From NCBI GenBank assembly GCA_040901675.1, contig JBBDYJ010000010.1, positions 170,599 to 234,598 on the forward strand: a stretch of DNA of 64,000 bases, in the 5' to 3' direction. This document shows, in pieces, positions 1-8,684 of this stretch. This DNA comes from Pirellulales bacterium. GTDB taxonomy: Bacteria > Planctomycetota > Planctomycetia > Pirellulales > JAICIG01. Numbering within the stretch: position 1 is the first letter of the stretch; the number at the start of each line of letters is the position of its first letter. A program made the position numbers and the translations under genes. The notes under the pieces were generated by a model. It saw only the letters and a program-made list of their open reading frames with translations, was not told the DNA's origin and searched no databases.

Positions 1-257
1 GACTAGGCGGACGAAGACTGGGGCACGCTAACGCTTTGCCCCAGCCACCCGACGCCGACATCTGCACCACGATTTACCAACTGCTGGGCATCGATCCGGA
101 GACGACGGTGCCCGACAAGTTGAACCGCCCCGTGCCGATTGCCCACGGCGGCCGGCCAATCCACGACATACTCGCCTGACGCCCCTGCGAAGGAGGAAGG
201 CAGACTAGGCGGACGAAGACTGGGGCACGCTAACGCTTTGCCCCAGCCACCCGACGC
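1..257. repeat. 55-bp direct repeat (1-55 and 203-257) containing the REP-like hairpin CTGGGGCA-N11-TGCCCCAG
   Basis: gactaggcggacgaagactggggcacgctaacgctttgccccagccacccgacgc occurs twice, 202 bp apart; the core recurs at about 39643-39676. Confidence 0.9.
54..179 (+). pseudogene. 3' fragment of a DUF1501-family gene, probably a duplicated gene end
   Basis: Translates as ADICTTIYQLLGIDPETTVPDKLNRPVPIAHGGRPIHDILA*, like the C-termini of the DUF1501 proteins in this window (ATILHQLGIDH...ILA*). Upstream sequence is a repeat, not DUF1501 coding sequence. Confidence 0.6.
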
Positions 258-268
258 AGGCGAAAACC

Positions 269-372
269 TCTGACCTCTGACTTCTGACTTCTGACCTCTG
301 ACTTCTGACCTCTGACTTCTGACCTCTGACTTCTGACCTCTGACTTCTGACCTCTGACTTCTGATTTCTGTC
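269..372. repeat. Heptamer tandem repeat (TCTGACY)n, about 14 units
   Basis: Alternating tctgacc/tctgact units read directly. Confidence 0.95.
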
Positions 373-373
373 C

Positions 374-1246
374 TCAGCCGCGTTGTTTCAGCATGGGCCG
401 CTCGAGCAGCCGGGGGGCCTCTTCGTCCACGGCGTGCAGCCCGGTGGCGAACTCCAGCTCGTTCATCGTCCGCTCGGTCTCGAGCATGCTGGAGGCCACC
501 TGGTCGACCTGGCCGGAGATGAAGTCCGGCTCCTGGCGATTGACGGCCAGCTCGCTCAAGGACTGGATCTTGGCTTCGAGTCGGTCCAGCTCCAGCTCCA
601 ACAGCTCGAAATTGCCCTGCGCCTTCTGGTAATTGGCCAGCCGGTCGCGGCAGGTCGCCAGGTTGTCCTCGAGCGTGCGCTGGATCCGTTCGCGCTGGCT
701 GGGATCGGGATAGGAGGCCTCGATGGTCGCCAGCCGCTCGGTGAGGCTCTCGATATCGAACTTGAGCGACTTCTCGCTGGTTTGTTCCAGGAACCGGCCC
801 AGCGCGTGCCGCGAGTAGAGCAACCGCAGGTAGATCCACAACAATCGGTCGAGGCCGGCGACATGGAACTCGTCCAGCGGCAGCCGCGGCTCGCCGCGGC
901 CCGGGTTCTTGAGATCCAGGGCGATCTTCCGCAGCTCCAGGCAGCGGTCGCGCAGGCTCTTGTAGCGCGCCAACAGCGGCTTGGGCAGCTCGTCCATGAT
1001 CTGACGGAGCGTCTCCTCGGCCTGCACGTTGCTCTGGCTCCGCTGACTCTTGGCTTCCTGGGCATTGACGTAACTCTGAAACTTGGGGTGCGTGCCCAAC
1101 AGGCCCAGGTAGGTCAGCTCCGCCGCCAACACCAGGGGCACGGCCACGTCGGGCACGCTGAGAAAGGCAAAGCCCATGCCGCCCAGGAAAGCCAGCAGGT
1201 TCCAGCGATTGGTGAAGGCCGCCTTGAGGTACTTGCCCAGGTTCAC
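374..1246 (-). CDS. Membrane-anchored coiled-coil hypothetical protein, last gene of the PspA/AAA operon
   Basis: Probable GTG start (MNLGKYLKAAFTNRWNLL...), two N-terminal hydrophobic segments, then long helical heptad-rich region. Confidence 0.75.
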   Translation of the reverse strand: MNLGKYLKAAFTNRWNLLAFLGGMGFAFLSVPDVAVPLVLAAELTYLGLLGTHPKFQSYVNAQEAKSQRSQSNVQAEETLRQIMDELPKPLLARYKSLRDRCLELRKIALDLKNPGRGEPRLPLDEFHVAGLDRLLWIYLRLLYSRHALGRFLEQTSEKSLKFDIESLTERLATIEASYPDPSQRERIQRTLEDNLATCRDRLANYQKAQGNFELLELELDRLEAKIQSLSELAVNRQEPDFISGQVDQVASSMLETERTMNELEFATGLHAVDEEAPRLLERPMLKQRG

Positions 1247-1356
1247 GCCGACCGCCTTTGGAAATCTACTCCAACCCATGATGCCCGACGACTCCGCCCG
1301 CCGCGCCGGCCGCCGATTATCCTGCCTTGCACGCGGCTGATTGGCAAGCGCCACCG

Positions 1357-1414
1357 CCGTAGAACGGAATTCATTCCGTTTCGGTTGGCAAACGGAATGA
1401 ATTCCGTTCTACGG
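1357..1414. repeat. GTAG-type REP-like doublet, perfect 25-bp inverted repeat
   Basis: ccgtagaacggaattcattccgttt (1357-1381) and its exact reverse complement (1390-1414); single related copy at 19962-19985. Confidence 0.9.
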
Positions 1415-2368
1415 TCACTGCTCGGCTGAGCGGCTTTCCTCCAGTTGCGCGATCAAGTCGCGGATGTAGAACACGGTTTCCTGGAAGCGAGGCAGCCGCT
1501 GCATCTCGTGGCTGGGGCGGTCGGCCGGCTCCACCTGCAGCTCCTGCAGGATCGTGCCGGGCGAGTTGCTCAGAATGTAGACGCGATCGCCCAGGAACAC
1601 GGCCTCCTCGATCGAGTGCGTCACGAAGAACACCGTGGCTTGGGCCTCGTGCCAGAGCCGGACCAGCAGGTCCTGCATGTTCATCCGCGTATTGGGATCG
1701 AGGGCCCCGAATGGCTCGTCCATCAAGATGATCCGCGGCCGCAGGGCCAGCGTGCGCGCGATGGCCACCCGCTGCCGCATGCCGCCGGAAAGCTGGTGCG
1801 GATACTTGTGCTGGTCGACCGCAACGTCGAGCCCCACGTGGTCGATCCATTGCCGTGCCAGCTCGTAACGCTCGCCGCGCCGCACCCCATGGCACTCCAG
1901 GCCGAAGGCCACGTTGTCGAGCACGGTGCGGTGGTCGAAGCTGGTGTAGTCCTGGAAGACCATGCCCCGGTCGGCGGCCGGCCTGGCCACCGGGCGGCCC
2001 AGCACCAGCACTTTTCCCGCCGTGGCCGGGTGCTGGGGCTCCAGGCCGGCGATCAGACGCAGGATGGTGCTCTTGCCGCAGCCGCTGGGTCCCAGCACGC
2101 AGACGAACTCCCCCTTGCCGTGCAGGTCCTCGACGACAAACGTCACATCCTTGATGGCGGTGAAGGCGTTGGGCTGCCCGGCATGGTAGGTCTTTGCCAC
2201 CTGGTGGAATTCGACCACCGAGGGGCGCTTGAGCTCCTCGGCCGACCGCACGTGATCGAGCACCTCGCCCATTCCGACCGGGTGGGCGCCGTGCGGCGGA
2301 CTGCCGGCCGGCTGCGTGCCGGCCTGATCCGAGGCAGCCGAGGCGGAACTGCGCTGGTTGGCCGTCAT
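1415..2368 (-). CDS. ABC transporter ATP-binding protein, NitT/TauT family
   Basis: Walker A GPSGCGKS, Q-loop MVFQD, signature LSGGMRQR, Walker B ILMDEPFGALD, H-loop VTHSIEEA; ATGA overlap with permease stop. Confidence 0.93.
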   Translation of the reverse strand: MTANQRSSASAASDQAGTQPAGSPPHGAHPVGMGEVLDHVRSAEELKRPSVVEFHQVAKTYHAGQPNAFTAIKDVTFVVEDLHGKGEFVCVLGPSGCGKSTILRLIAGLEPQHPATAGKVLVLGRPVARPAADRGMVFQDYTSFDHRTVLDNVAFGLECHGVRRGERYELARQWIDHVGLDVAVDQHKYPHQLSGGMRQRVAIARTLALRPRIILMDEPFGALDPNTRMNMQDLLVRLWHEAQATVFFVTHSIEEAVFLGDRVYILSNSPGTILQELQVEPADRPSHEMQRLPRFQETVFYIRDLIAQLEESRSAEQ

Positions 2369-3420
2369 GCGTCGGTGCCCGCCCCGCCGGATGGTCCAGC
2401 GTGATTGCGTGCCGCCGGATGGCCACCGGAGTGCACAGGACCGGCGGGAGCGGCCGCGGGTCGGATGAACAGGAATTTCACGTTTTCCCAGGCGTGCAAG
2501 AGCCAGGCCGCCAGGTGATAGAGAATCCCCGAGCCGCCGTAGCGGTAGGGGAACAGCTCGCGCTGGATCCAGAAGAGCAGCCGATCGATGGCCAGGGCCA
2601 CCAGCGGGATGATCATCAGCACCAGCAGGATATGCGCCTTGGGCCCGCGCCTGAACGAGGTGTTGATGATGTCGCCCAGTCCACCCGTCTCGCCGCCCAG
2701 CTTGATCACTTCGGCCAGCATGATGTAACCGAAGGCCAGCCCGAACAACAGCCGCAGCGAGTTGAAGATCGAGGGCAGCGCCAGCGGCACGAGCACCTTG
2801 AGCACGACCTGCCGGCGGCTGGCGCCCAGGGTAAAGGCCGTGTCGACGTAGGCGCCTCCCACGTCGGCGATGGCCCGCGCCGTGTCGGAGACGATAAAGG
2901 CCACGGCCGCGATGAAGATGAACATTATCTTTTGCATCTCGCCGATCCCGAACAGCGAGAAGGTAAGCGGGATGAGTGCGGCCATGGGGATGTTGCGGCC
3001 GAAGATGACCAAGGGAGCGAAGAAGGCGTTGGCCCAACTGAAGCAGCCGCAGATCACGCCCAGCGGCACGCCGACCAGGGCGGCCAGGCCGAATCCCAGG
3101 GCGACGCGGCGCAAGCTGGCATAGGTGTTGCGCGTGAGCGCCCGTTCGAACCACAAGCTCTTGAGCGTGGCGAACGTTTCGCTGGGACTATTCACCTTGA
3201 CGGGACTGAGGATGCGCTCTTCCGGTTCGCCGGCCGTGACGAACCACCAGGCGCCAAAGCAGAGCGCCAGCGACAAGAGCGGAAATAGCACGGCCTGCCA
3301 GAGCGGAGTTTCGCCGCGCAGCCTGAAAAAACGCCGGGCGCCGGCGGTCCACCAGGATTCGGGCCGCACCAGGCTGCCGGGCTCGGCCAGGCGCCGCTCG
3401 TCGGTCGACGGGGCAGCCAT
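2365..3420 (-). CDS. ABC transporter permease, NitT/TauT family
   Basis: Multiple TM segments, EAA-like loop YVDTAFTLGAS, IMLAEV...GGLG motif. Confidence 0.92.
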   Translation of the reverse strand: MAAPSTDERRLAEPGSLVRPESWWTAGARRFFRLRGETPLWQAVLFPLLSLALCFGAWWFVTAGEPEERILSPVKVNSPSETFATLKSLWFERALTRNTYASLRRVALGFGLAALVGVPLGVICGCFSWANAFFAPLVIFGRNIPMAALIPLTFSLFGIGEMQKIMFIFIAAVAFIVSDTARAIADVGGAYVDTAFTLGASRRQVVLKVLVPLALPSIFNSLRLLFGLAFGYIMLAEVIKLGGETGGLGDIINTSFRRGPKAHILLVLMIIPLVALAIDRLLFWIQRELFPYRYGGSGILYHLAAWLLHAWENVKFLFIRPAAAPAGPVHSGGHPAARNHAGPSGGAGTDA

Positions 3421-5177
3421 CACTCCCTCTCGGCGGTCACGATCTTGATTTCGACTCGGCGATTCTTGAAGTGGTTGTCCGGGTCGGTCGAGTCGGCCGG
3501 TTCGTCCCAGCCGGCCCCGCGGACGTTGAGCTGGTTGGGGTCGAGCTGGTACTGCTGCACCAGCGCTTCCTTCACCGCGTTGGCCCGGTTGTGCGAGAGC
3601 TCCTTCACAAGTTCGGGCGGGGCCTGGCCTTTCATCGACCCGTCGGTGTGGCCAGAGATAACGACCCGGGCGCCGCCGAACTGGCCGGTCAGCTTGGCGA
3701 TCTCCTCCAGAACGAAGTCCACGTTGGGATCGTAGAGCTTCTCTACCGTCTTGCCGCCGACCTCCTCGGTGATCTTCTTTTCCAGCTCCCAGCTATTGGG
3801 ATAGAAGTGGATGATCACCGTGTTGGTCAGGATCTCGTCCGCTTCGACCACCAGCTCCGTCGGCCTTGGGGCGAAGGCGATCTGGTACTCGTTGCGCTGG
3901 CTCTGGTACTTTTCTTCCTTGCCCAGCTTCTCGATGAGGGAGAAATCCATGACCTGGTCGAAGGGGATCGGCTGGTGGGTGATCGAACCGACGCGGCGAT
4001 AGAGCGAATAGGCCTGCTTCCAGACGCGCTCGAAATTGGCCGGGTTGTTCTGGTTCATGAAGAACTGGTAGTTTTCGGCCCAGTTCGTGTTGTGGGCGTC
4101 GGCAAACATCGCCAGCGTGTCGGTCGCCGGGATGTTATAGCCCTCGGCCATCAGCTCCGCGCAGCGTTTCTTCTTCGCCTCGTCCTTGAGGTCCACCATG
4201 GCGTCGAAGATGCCACGGACCAGGCCTTCGAGGATGCCCGGGTGGTCCTTGGCAAAGTCGGCCCGGGCGAACCAAACGTCGGCAATCAATTTGTTGGCTT
4301 CTTTGGTAGTAACTCGCAACTCATTTCCGCGCACTTTTTCGAGATTGTAAATGTCGGGCGCCCAGGAAACGACGCCTGATAGGCTGCGATCCTGGTTGAA
4401 GGCGGCCGCGGCCTGGAAGGCATCGTCGGTAAAGACCATCTCTACCTCCGCAGGCTGGACACCACTAGCGACTAGCATGTTCAAGAGGAAGTAATGCGAG
4501 GGAGAGTTCTGGGCCAGCACGATTTTCTTGCCCCGCAGATGTGCAATGGTCCTGATACTCTCGCGCACGACAATCCCGTCGCCGCCGTTGGACCAGTCGA
4601 CCTGCTGGTAGATCCGCGGCATGACACGGCTGTCGGTCGGTTTGCCTTGCGCATCGACGATCCGCTCCAGGAACAAGGGGAGCATGTCGAGCGTGCCCCA
4701 GCCGATATGGACGTTGCCCGAGGCAAAGGCGTCCTGCATGAGGAACGGGTTGTCGATCAGGACCAGCTCGACCTTGAACTCCTCTCCATCTGGAGTCTTC
4801 CAGACATGTCCCGCCTTGAAGCCCTCGTTGGCCAGAATGATCGGACCCCAACCGGCCCAGACGTTCAAGGCGAAGCGGACGGTGTTGTCTTCGAGCGCCT
4901 GGTACTGCGAAGCGCCGCGGATGGCGGGCAGCCTTTCGGAAGGCTTGAACTTGTACTCCGAAACGGTGGTCACGCCGGCCGGCCCGGGCTGCTCGACCGC
5001 TCGCTCCATTTCGCCCGCTCCGCCACCGCCGGCAGCGCCTGGTCCACCGCCAGCGCCTCCGTTCGGCCTTCCGGCTTCCGGGGCGAACAGGTCCGAGCGG
5101 TAAATGGCAAAGCCCACCAGCCCGATCACGACCAGGCCAAGTACGAGGAAAAAGGGAGCCTTAGGTTGTCCTGCCAT
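3420..5177 (-). CDS. ABC substrate-binding protein (SsuA/NMT1-like) fused to a C-terminal OmpA-like domain
   Basis: N-terminal membrane anchor; WAGW, DWSNGGDGIV, LRGKKI motifs; C-terminal ISGHTDG...LSHNRANAV...GAGWDEP...NRRVEI. Confidence 0.88.
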   Translation of the reverse strand: MAGQPKAPFFLVLGLVVIGLVGFAIYRSDLFAPEAGRPNGGAGGGPGAAGGGGAGEMERAVEQPGPAGVTTVSEYKFKPSERLPAIRGASQYQALEDNTVRFALNVWAGWGPIILANEGFKAGHVWKTPDGEEFKVELVLIDNPFLMQDAFASGNVHIGWGTLDMLPLFLERIVDAQGKPTDSRVMPRIYQQVDWSNGGDGIVVRESIRTIAHLRGKKIVLAQNSPSHYFLLNMLVASGVQPAEVEMVFTDDAFQAAAAFNQDRSLSGVVSWAPDIYNLEKVRGNELRVTTKEANKLIADVWFARADFAKDHPGILEGLVRGIFDAMVDLKDEAKKKRCAELMAEGYNIPATDTLAMFADAHNTNWAENYQFFMNQNNPANFERVWKQAYSLYRRVGSITHQPIPFDQVMDFSLIEKLGKEEKYQSQRNEYQIAFAPRPTELVVEADEILTNTVIIHFYPNSWELEKKITEEVGGKTVEKLYDPNVDFVLEEIAKLTGQFGGARVVISGHTDGSMKGQAPPELVKELSHNRANAVKEALVQQYQLDPNQLNVRGAGWDEPADSTDPDNHFKNRRVEIKIVTAERE

Positions 5178-5219
5178 GGCTTGTTGCCTCCCGAAAAGCC
5201 GTGTTGAATGGGTCGATCT

Positions 5220-5651
5220 TTAGCCGTGGAAAACCGTCTTGGGACGCGCCTGCTCCATCGTGTGCAGGATCTGCATCAAGTCGTAAGCGGTCAGCTCGTA
5301 CAAAAGGCGCGTCACCTTGTCGTGCAGCGCCGGCGGCAGCTCCGGCTCCACCTCTTTCATCAGCTTCACCAGCCGCCCTTCCTGGGCCGCCAACTCCGCC
5401 TGGTCCACTTGACCGTCGGCCATGGCTTCGATGAACGAGCCGAGCCGCCGGGCCTGCCGCTCGATTACCGGCTTGTTGGCCTGCTCGTCGAGCCACGTCG
5501 ACCGCCGCTTGGGCCGGGCGGCCGCGGCCGGACGCCGGGCGATCTTCTTGCCGGCCTTTTTGCCCGGCTTGTGATTCGTTCGCGCCAGCTTTTTCTTGCC
5601 CTTGGCCGGCGCGCGGATCTTGCGCTTCAGTTTGGTCTTCTTCTTGGCCAT
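5220..5651 (-). CDS. Hypothetical protein with Lys/Arg-rich N-terminus and TerB-like helical domain
   Basis: Very basic first 50 aa; AMADGQVDQAE resembles the TerB AxxDGxxxxxE motif; GAGGA RBS upstream. Confidence 0.65.
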   Translation of the reverse strand: MAKKKTKLKRKIRAPAKGKKKLARTNHKPGKKAGKKIARRPAAAARPKRRSTWLDEQANKPVIERQARRLGSFIEAMADGQVDQAELAAQEGRLVKLMKEVEPELPPALHDKVTRLLYELTAYDLMQILHTMEQARPKTVFHG

Positions 5652-5678
5652 GTCGGTGGTTCCTCTGGTTCGGGTGGG

Positions 5679-7478
5679 TTATTCCTCGAGCAACTGCCTG
5701 ATTGCCACCATCCGCTCCTGCAAGGCCGCCCGCCCCGGCCCGCCGCCCAACCTGGCCCGCCAGGCCGGCGTCAGGAACGACTGCTGCGTACACTCCAGCA
5801 CGGCGGCGATCTCCTGCAACTCCTTCTCCAGCCCCTGGGCCGACGGGATGAACTCCTCCAGGGCCCGCTCGACGTCGTCGCGGGTCAACTCCACGCGGTC
5901 GGCCGACATCGCCCGCCGCTTGGCGGCCAGCACGATGCTCTCGATGTCGGCCCCGCTCAGATGCCGCTCCGGATCGACGTCGGGCAGGGCCGCCTGGGGC
6001 AGCTTCACCTTGTTCTTCTTGGCCATGGCCGCGAACATGGCCACGATCTCGCCCCGCTCGTGCGGATAGAACAGCGGGATGTGCACCTCGGCGCGCCCCT
6101 GCCGCTTGAGATCGATCGGCAACAGGTCGGGCCGGCTGGTCAGGAGCATCCACACGATCTTGCCGCGGTAGCGGGTGTCGCCCATCTGGCTGGCGATCAT
6201 CGAAAAGACCCGGCTGGAGGTGCCCGAATCGCCCTCGGCCCGGCGGTTGCCCAGGGCGGCGTCGGCCTCGTCGACGATTACCACCACCGGCCCCAGAGAG
6301 CGGAGCACCGTCAGCACCTGCTCCAGGTTGCCTTCGGTCTCGCCGACGTATTTTGATCGGAAGTTCCGCAGCGTCACGCAGGGGATGCCGATCGAGCCGG
6401 CGTAGCACTCGGCCATGAACGTCTTGCCGGTGCCGACGGGCCCGTTGATCAGGTACCCCATCGGCGCCGCCTCCAGCCGCCCGCGGCTGATCCACTCGGC
6501 ATCCTCGCGGAGCCGCTGCTTGGCCGCCTCGTGACCGACGACCAGGTCGAGCGTGTGCCCCGGCTCGACAAACTCCACCAGCCCCTGGCATTGCCGCTCG
6601 ATCAGCGTCTTCTTGATCTGGCGGAACCGCTGGGCGTCGGCCTTGCGGCCCGGCTGGCGGCCCTGCGCCAAGAGCACGTTGAGGCTTACCAGGCTCAGGC
6701 CGCTGGAGAGTTCGGCCAGGTGCTCCGGCGGCATCGAGGTGTCGTCGTCAGCGGCCACGTCGGCGTCCGGAACCGCGGCCGTCTGGCCGCCGGCACGCAC
6801 CCAGCGGGCAAACCGCTCGCGCTCGTCGCGGCCGGGCATGGGGATCTCGATCTCCGCCACGTGCGGGTTTTGCACCAGGCGGTCGTTGACCTCGCTCAGC
6901 TTCTCGGCGATCAGGCAAAATGCCACGTTGACCCGCTTGATGTAGGGGTTCTGGGCCCAGCCCAAGAGGCGCACCAACCGGGCCGCCTCGCCGCGGGCCA
7001 TGGTGCCCAGATCGCCGGCGGGCACCAGGTACTGGGCGTACTCGAACACCAGCGCGATCCGTTTGCGCGCCGAGGCCTCGTCGACCAGGCTGCGTTCGAT
7101 GAACCGGTCGACGAGCGCCAGGATCTGGTCCGGATCGCGCGGCCAGGCCGACGTCTCGCCCAGCCTGCCCGACAGGTACTGGAGCATGGCGTGCAGCCGG
7201 GCCGGGTCGCTGCCGGCCAGCGCCCGCAGGCCCCGGCCCAGGTCGTGGTGCAGCACGACTTCCCACTCGCCGAAGACCTGCGAGGCGAGGAACTCGGCCA
7301 GGTTCGAGTACGAGTCGGCATCGCCGGAGGGGCAGTGCACCAGGTCGTGCACGTTGCCGTGGAGGATGAACAGGCAGGTGGTGCCGGAGAAATAGAGTTC
7401 GGCCAGCTCGCGGGCCCAGGCCGGGTACCAGGCCGGCGGGGTGGGTGGCCCAGCACTGAGTCGCCTTTCGGCGGTCAT
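5679..7478 (-). CDS. Classical-clade AAA+ ATPase with a degenerate N-terminal and an active C-terminal module
   Basis: Walker A GPVGTGKT, pore loop SKYVGETEGN, Walker B VVIVDEAD, SRH TSRPDLLPIDLKRQGR; N-terminal LHGNVHD pseudo-P-loop. Confidence 0.9.
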   Translation of the reverse strand: MTAERRLSAGPPTPPAWYPAWARELAELYFSGTTCLFILHGNVHDLVHCPSGDADSYSNLAEFLASQVFGEWEVVLHHDLGRGLRALAGSDPARLHAMLQYLSGRLGETSAWPRDPDQILALVDRFIERSLVDEASARKRIALVFEYAQYLVPAGDLGTMARGEAARLVRLLGWAQNPYIKRVNVAFCLIAEKLSEVNDRLVQNPHVAEIEIPMPGRDERERFARWVRAGGQTAAVPDADVAADDDTSMPPEHLAELSSGLSLVSLNVLLAQGRQPGRKADAQRFRQIKKTLIERQCQGLVEFVEPGHTLDLVVGHEAAKQRLREDAEWISRGRLEAAPMGYLINGPVGTGKTFMAECYAGSIGIPCVTLRNFRSKYVGETEGNLEQVLTVLRSLGPVVVIVDEADAALGNRRAEGDSGTSSRVFSMIASQMGDTRYRGKIVWMLLTSRPDLLPIDLKRQGRAEVHIPLFYPHERGEIVAMFAAMAKKNKVKLPQAALPDVDPERHLSGADIESIVLAAKRRAMSADRVELTRDDVERALEEFIPSAQGLEKELQEIAAVLECTQQSFLTPAWRARLGGGPGRAALQERMVAIRQLLEE

Positions 7479-8230
7479 GACGCTTCCGTCTGTTTGGCGG
7501 CCACGGCCGGGCCGAGTTGCTTGGCCGATTCCGTAACGCCGGCGGTTTCGGGGGTGACCAGGCCCATGGAGACTTCGAAATCGCGCAAGGCCTGGTCGGC
7601 CATGGCCTGCTCCATGGCTTGTTCGCGTTGGAGATCGACCATGCCCTCACTCGACAGGTCGGCCGCCACGCGTGCCTTGGCGCGGTTCAAGCCGATCTTG
7701 TCCTGGATGACCTGCTCGATCTGGCCGAAATCGGTAGTGACGTCGAAATTGAAGCTGGTGGCCAGCTTGGCCATTTCGGCCTCGGCCCGGCTCATCTTGA
7801 GCTCGGCGTCGTACTTCTGGATCTTGGTCCTGACCTGCGTGAGCTTGCTGCCGGCGTGCTTGATCTTGGTGAGGTTGTTGGTGTAGCTCTCTTCGTGCAT
7901 CTTGAGCTGGGCCTGGTTTTCGGACAGCTCATTTTTTGCTTTTTGCAGTTCCAGGGCGAAGCGGGCGGCCGTCTCGCGGTCGCCGGCCTGCAAATAGGCT
8001 TTGATCTTGGCCTCCAGGCTTTTGACGTGGGCCTGGTCGCCGGCCACCTGGCGGCTGACGCGTTCGACGAGCGCGCGATACTGTTCGAGGCCTTCCCGTC
8101 CCTCTTTGAGCTGTGCGACGGCCTGGTCGTACTCGTACTGCATCTGGGCGATGGGGTCGGCGGTCCAGAAGAAATTGGCCAGTTTATTGACCTGGGCCGC
8201 CAGTGCGTGCCAGAGTTTTCCGAAGATCAT
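7475..8230 (-). CDS. PspA/IM30 (Vipp1/ESCRT-III superfamily) protein
   Basis: 251 aa all-helical; N-terminal amphipathic helix then DP (TADPIAQM), hairpin turn AYLQAGDRETA, typical PspA length and layout. Confidence 0.8.
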   Translation of the reverse strand: MIFGKLWHALAAQVNKLANFFWTADPIAQMQYEYDQAVAQLKEGREGLEQYRALVERVSRQVAGDQAHVKSLEAKIKAYLQAGDRETAARFALELQKAKNELSENQAQLKMHEESYTNNLTKIKHAGSKLTQVRTKIQKYDAELKMSRAEAEMAKLATSFNFDVTTDFGQIEQVIQDKIGLNRAKARVAADLSSEGMVDLQREQAMEQAMADQALRDFEVSMGLVTPETAGVTESAKQLGPAVAAKQTEAS

Positions 8231-8364
8231 GGTTGCCGCCTTCAGAGTCAGAGGTCGGAAGTCAGAGGTTCCGCCAGGGGCGGATTCCGCCTGCGGCGGA
8301 CGTACGGCACGGTTCCGTCAGTCCTCCGCCTAGCAACCCGGCATCCACGCCTCGCGCGCCCCAA

Positions 8365-8393
8365 TCTATACCCCCGTGGGTAGCGACTGTCAA
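8365..8393 (-). promoter_or_regulatory. Candidate sigma70-type promoter of the PspA operon
   Basis: Minus strand TTGACA-17 bp-TATAGA, about 135 bp upstream of the pspA-like start. Confidence 0.5.
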
Positions 8394-8583
8394 TGAAGCG
8401 CCTGGCGTCTCCAGGCAGTATCCCTACCGGCACTCCGGCCCCCTTTCCCGAGTCGCCCGGTGACACGTGGCGAGCGGTACACAAGTCGCTTGCGGAAGGG
8501 AAGCCGGACGGAGGAAGCGGCCATATTCCCGGCGAGTCCTGCTACGGGGACGGTAGGGCACGGCATCGTCGATGTGTGACGAA

Positions 8584-8629
8584 CACTGCTTCTCGGAGCC
8601 GACACGTCGGCTCCTCCAAGCAGTGGCAC
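8584..8629. repeat. 46-bp palindromic repeat, copy 1 (copy 2 at 59569-59614)
   Basis: cactgctt-ctc-ggagccgac-ac-gtcggctcc-tcc-aagcagtg-gcac. Confidence 0.85.
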
Positions 8630-8684
8630 AAGCAGGAGGCAGAGGGAGGAAGGAGGACGCGCCCTCCAGGCAGTGGCACGAGGA

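Noticed and set aside
3..839. 278-aa minus-strand ORF with SEVRGQK repeats
   Set aside because: Alternative frame overlapping the real gene and reading through the heptamer repeat.
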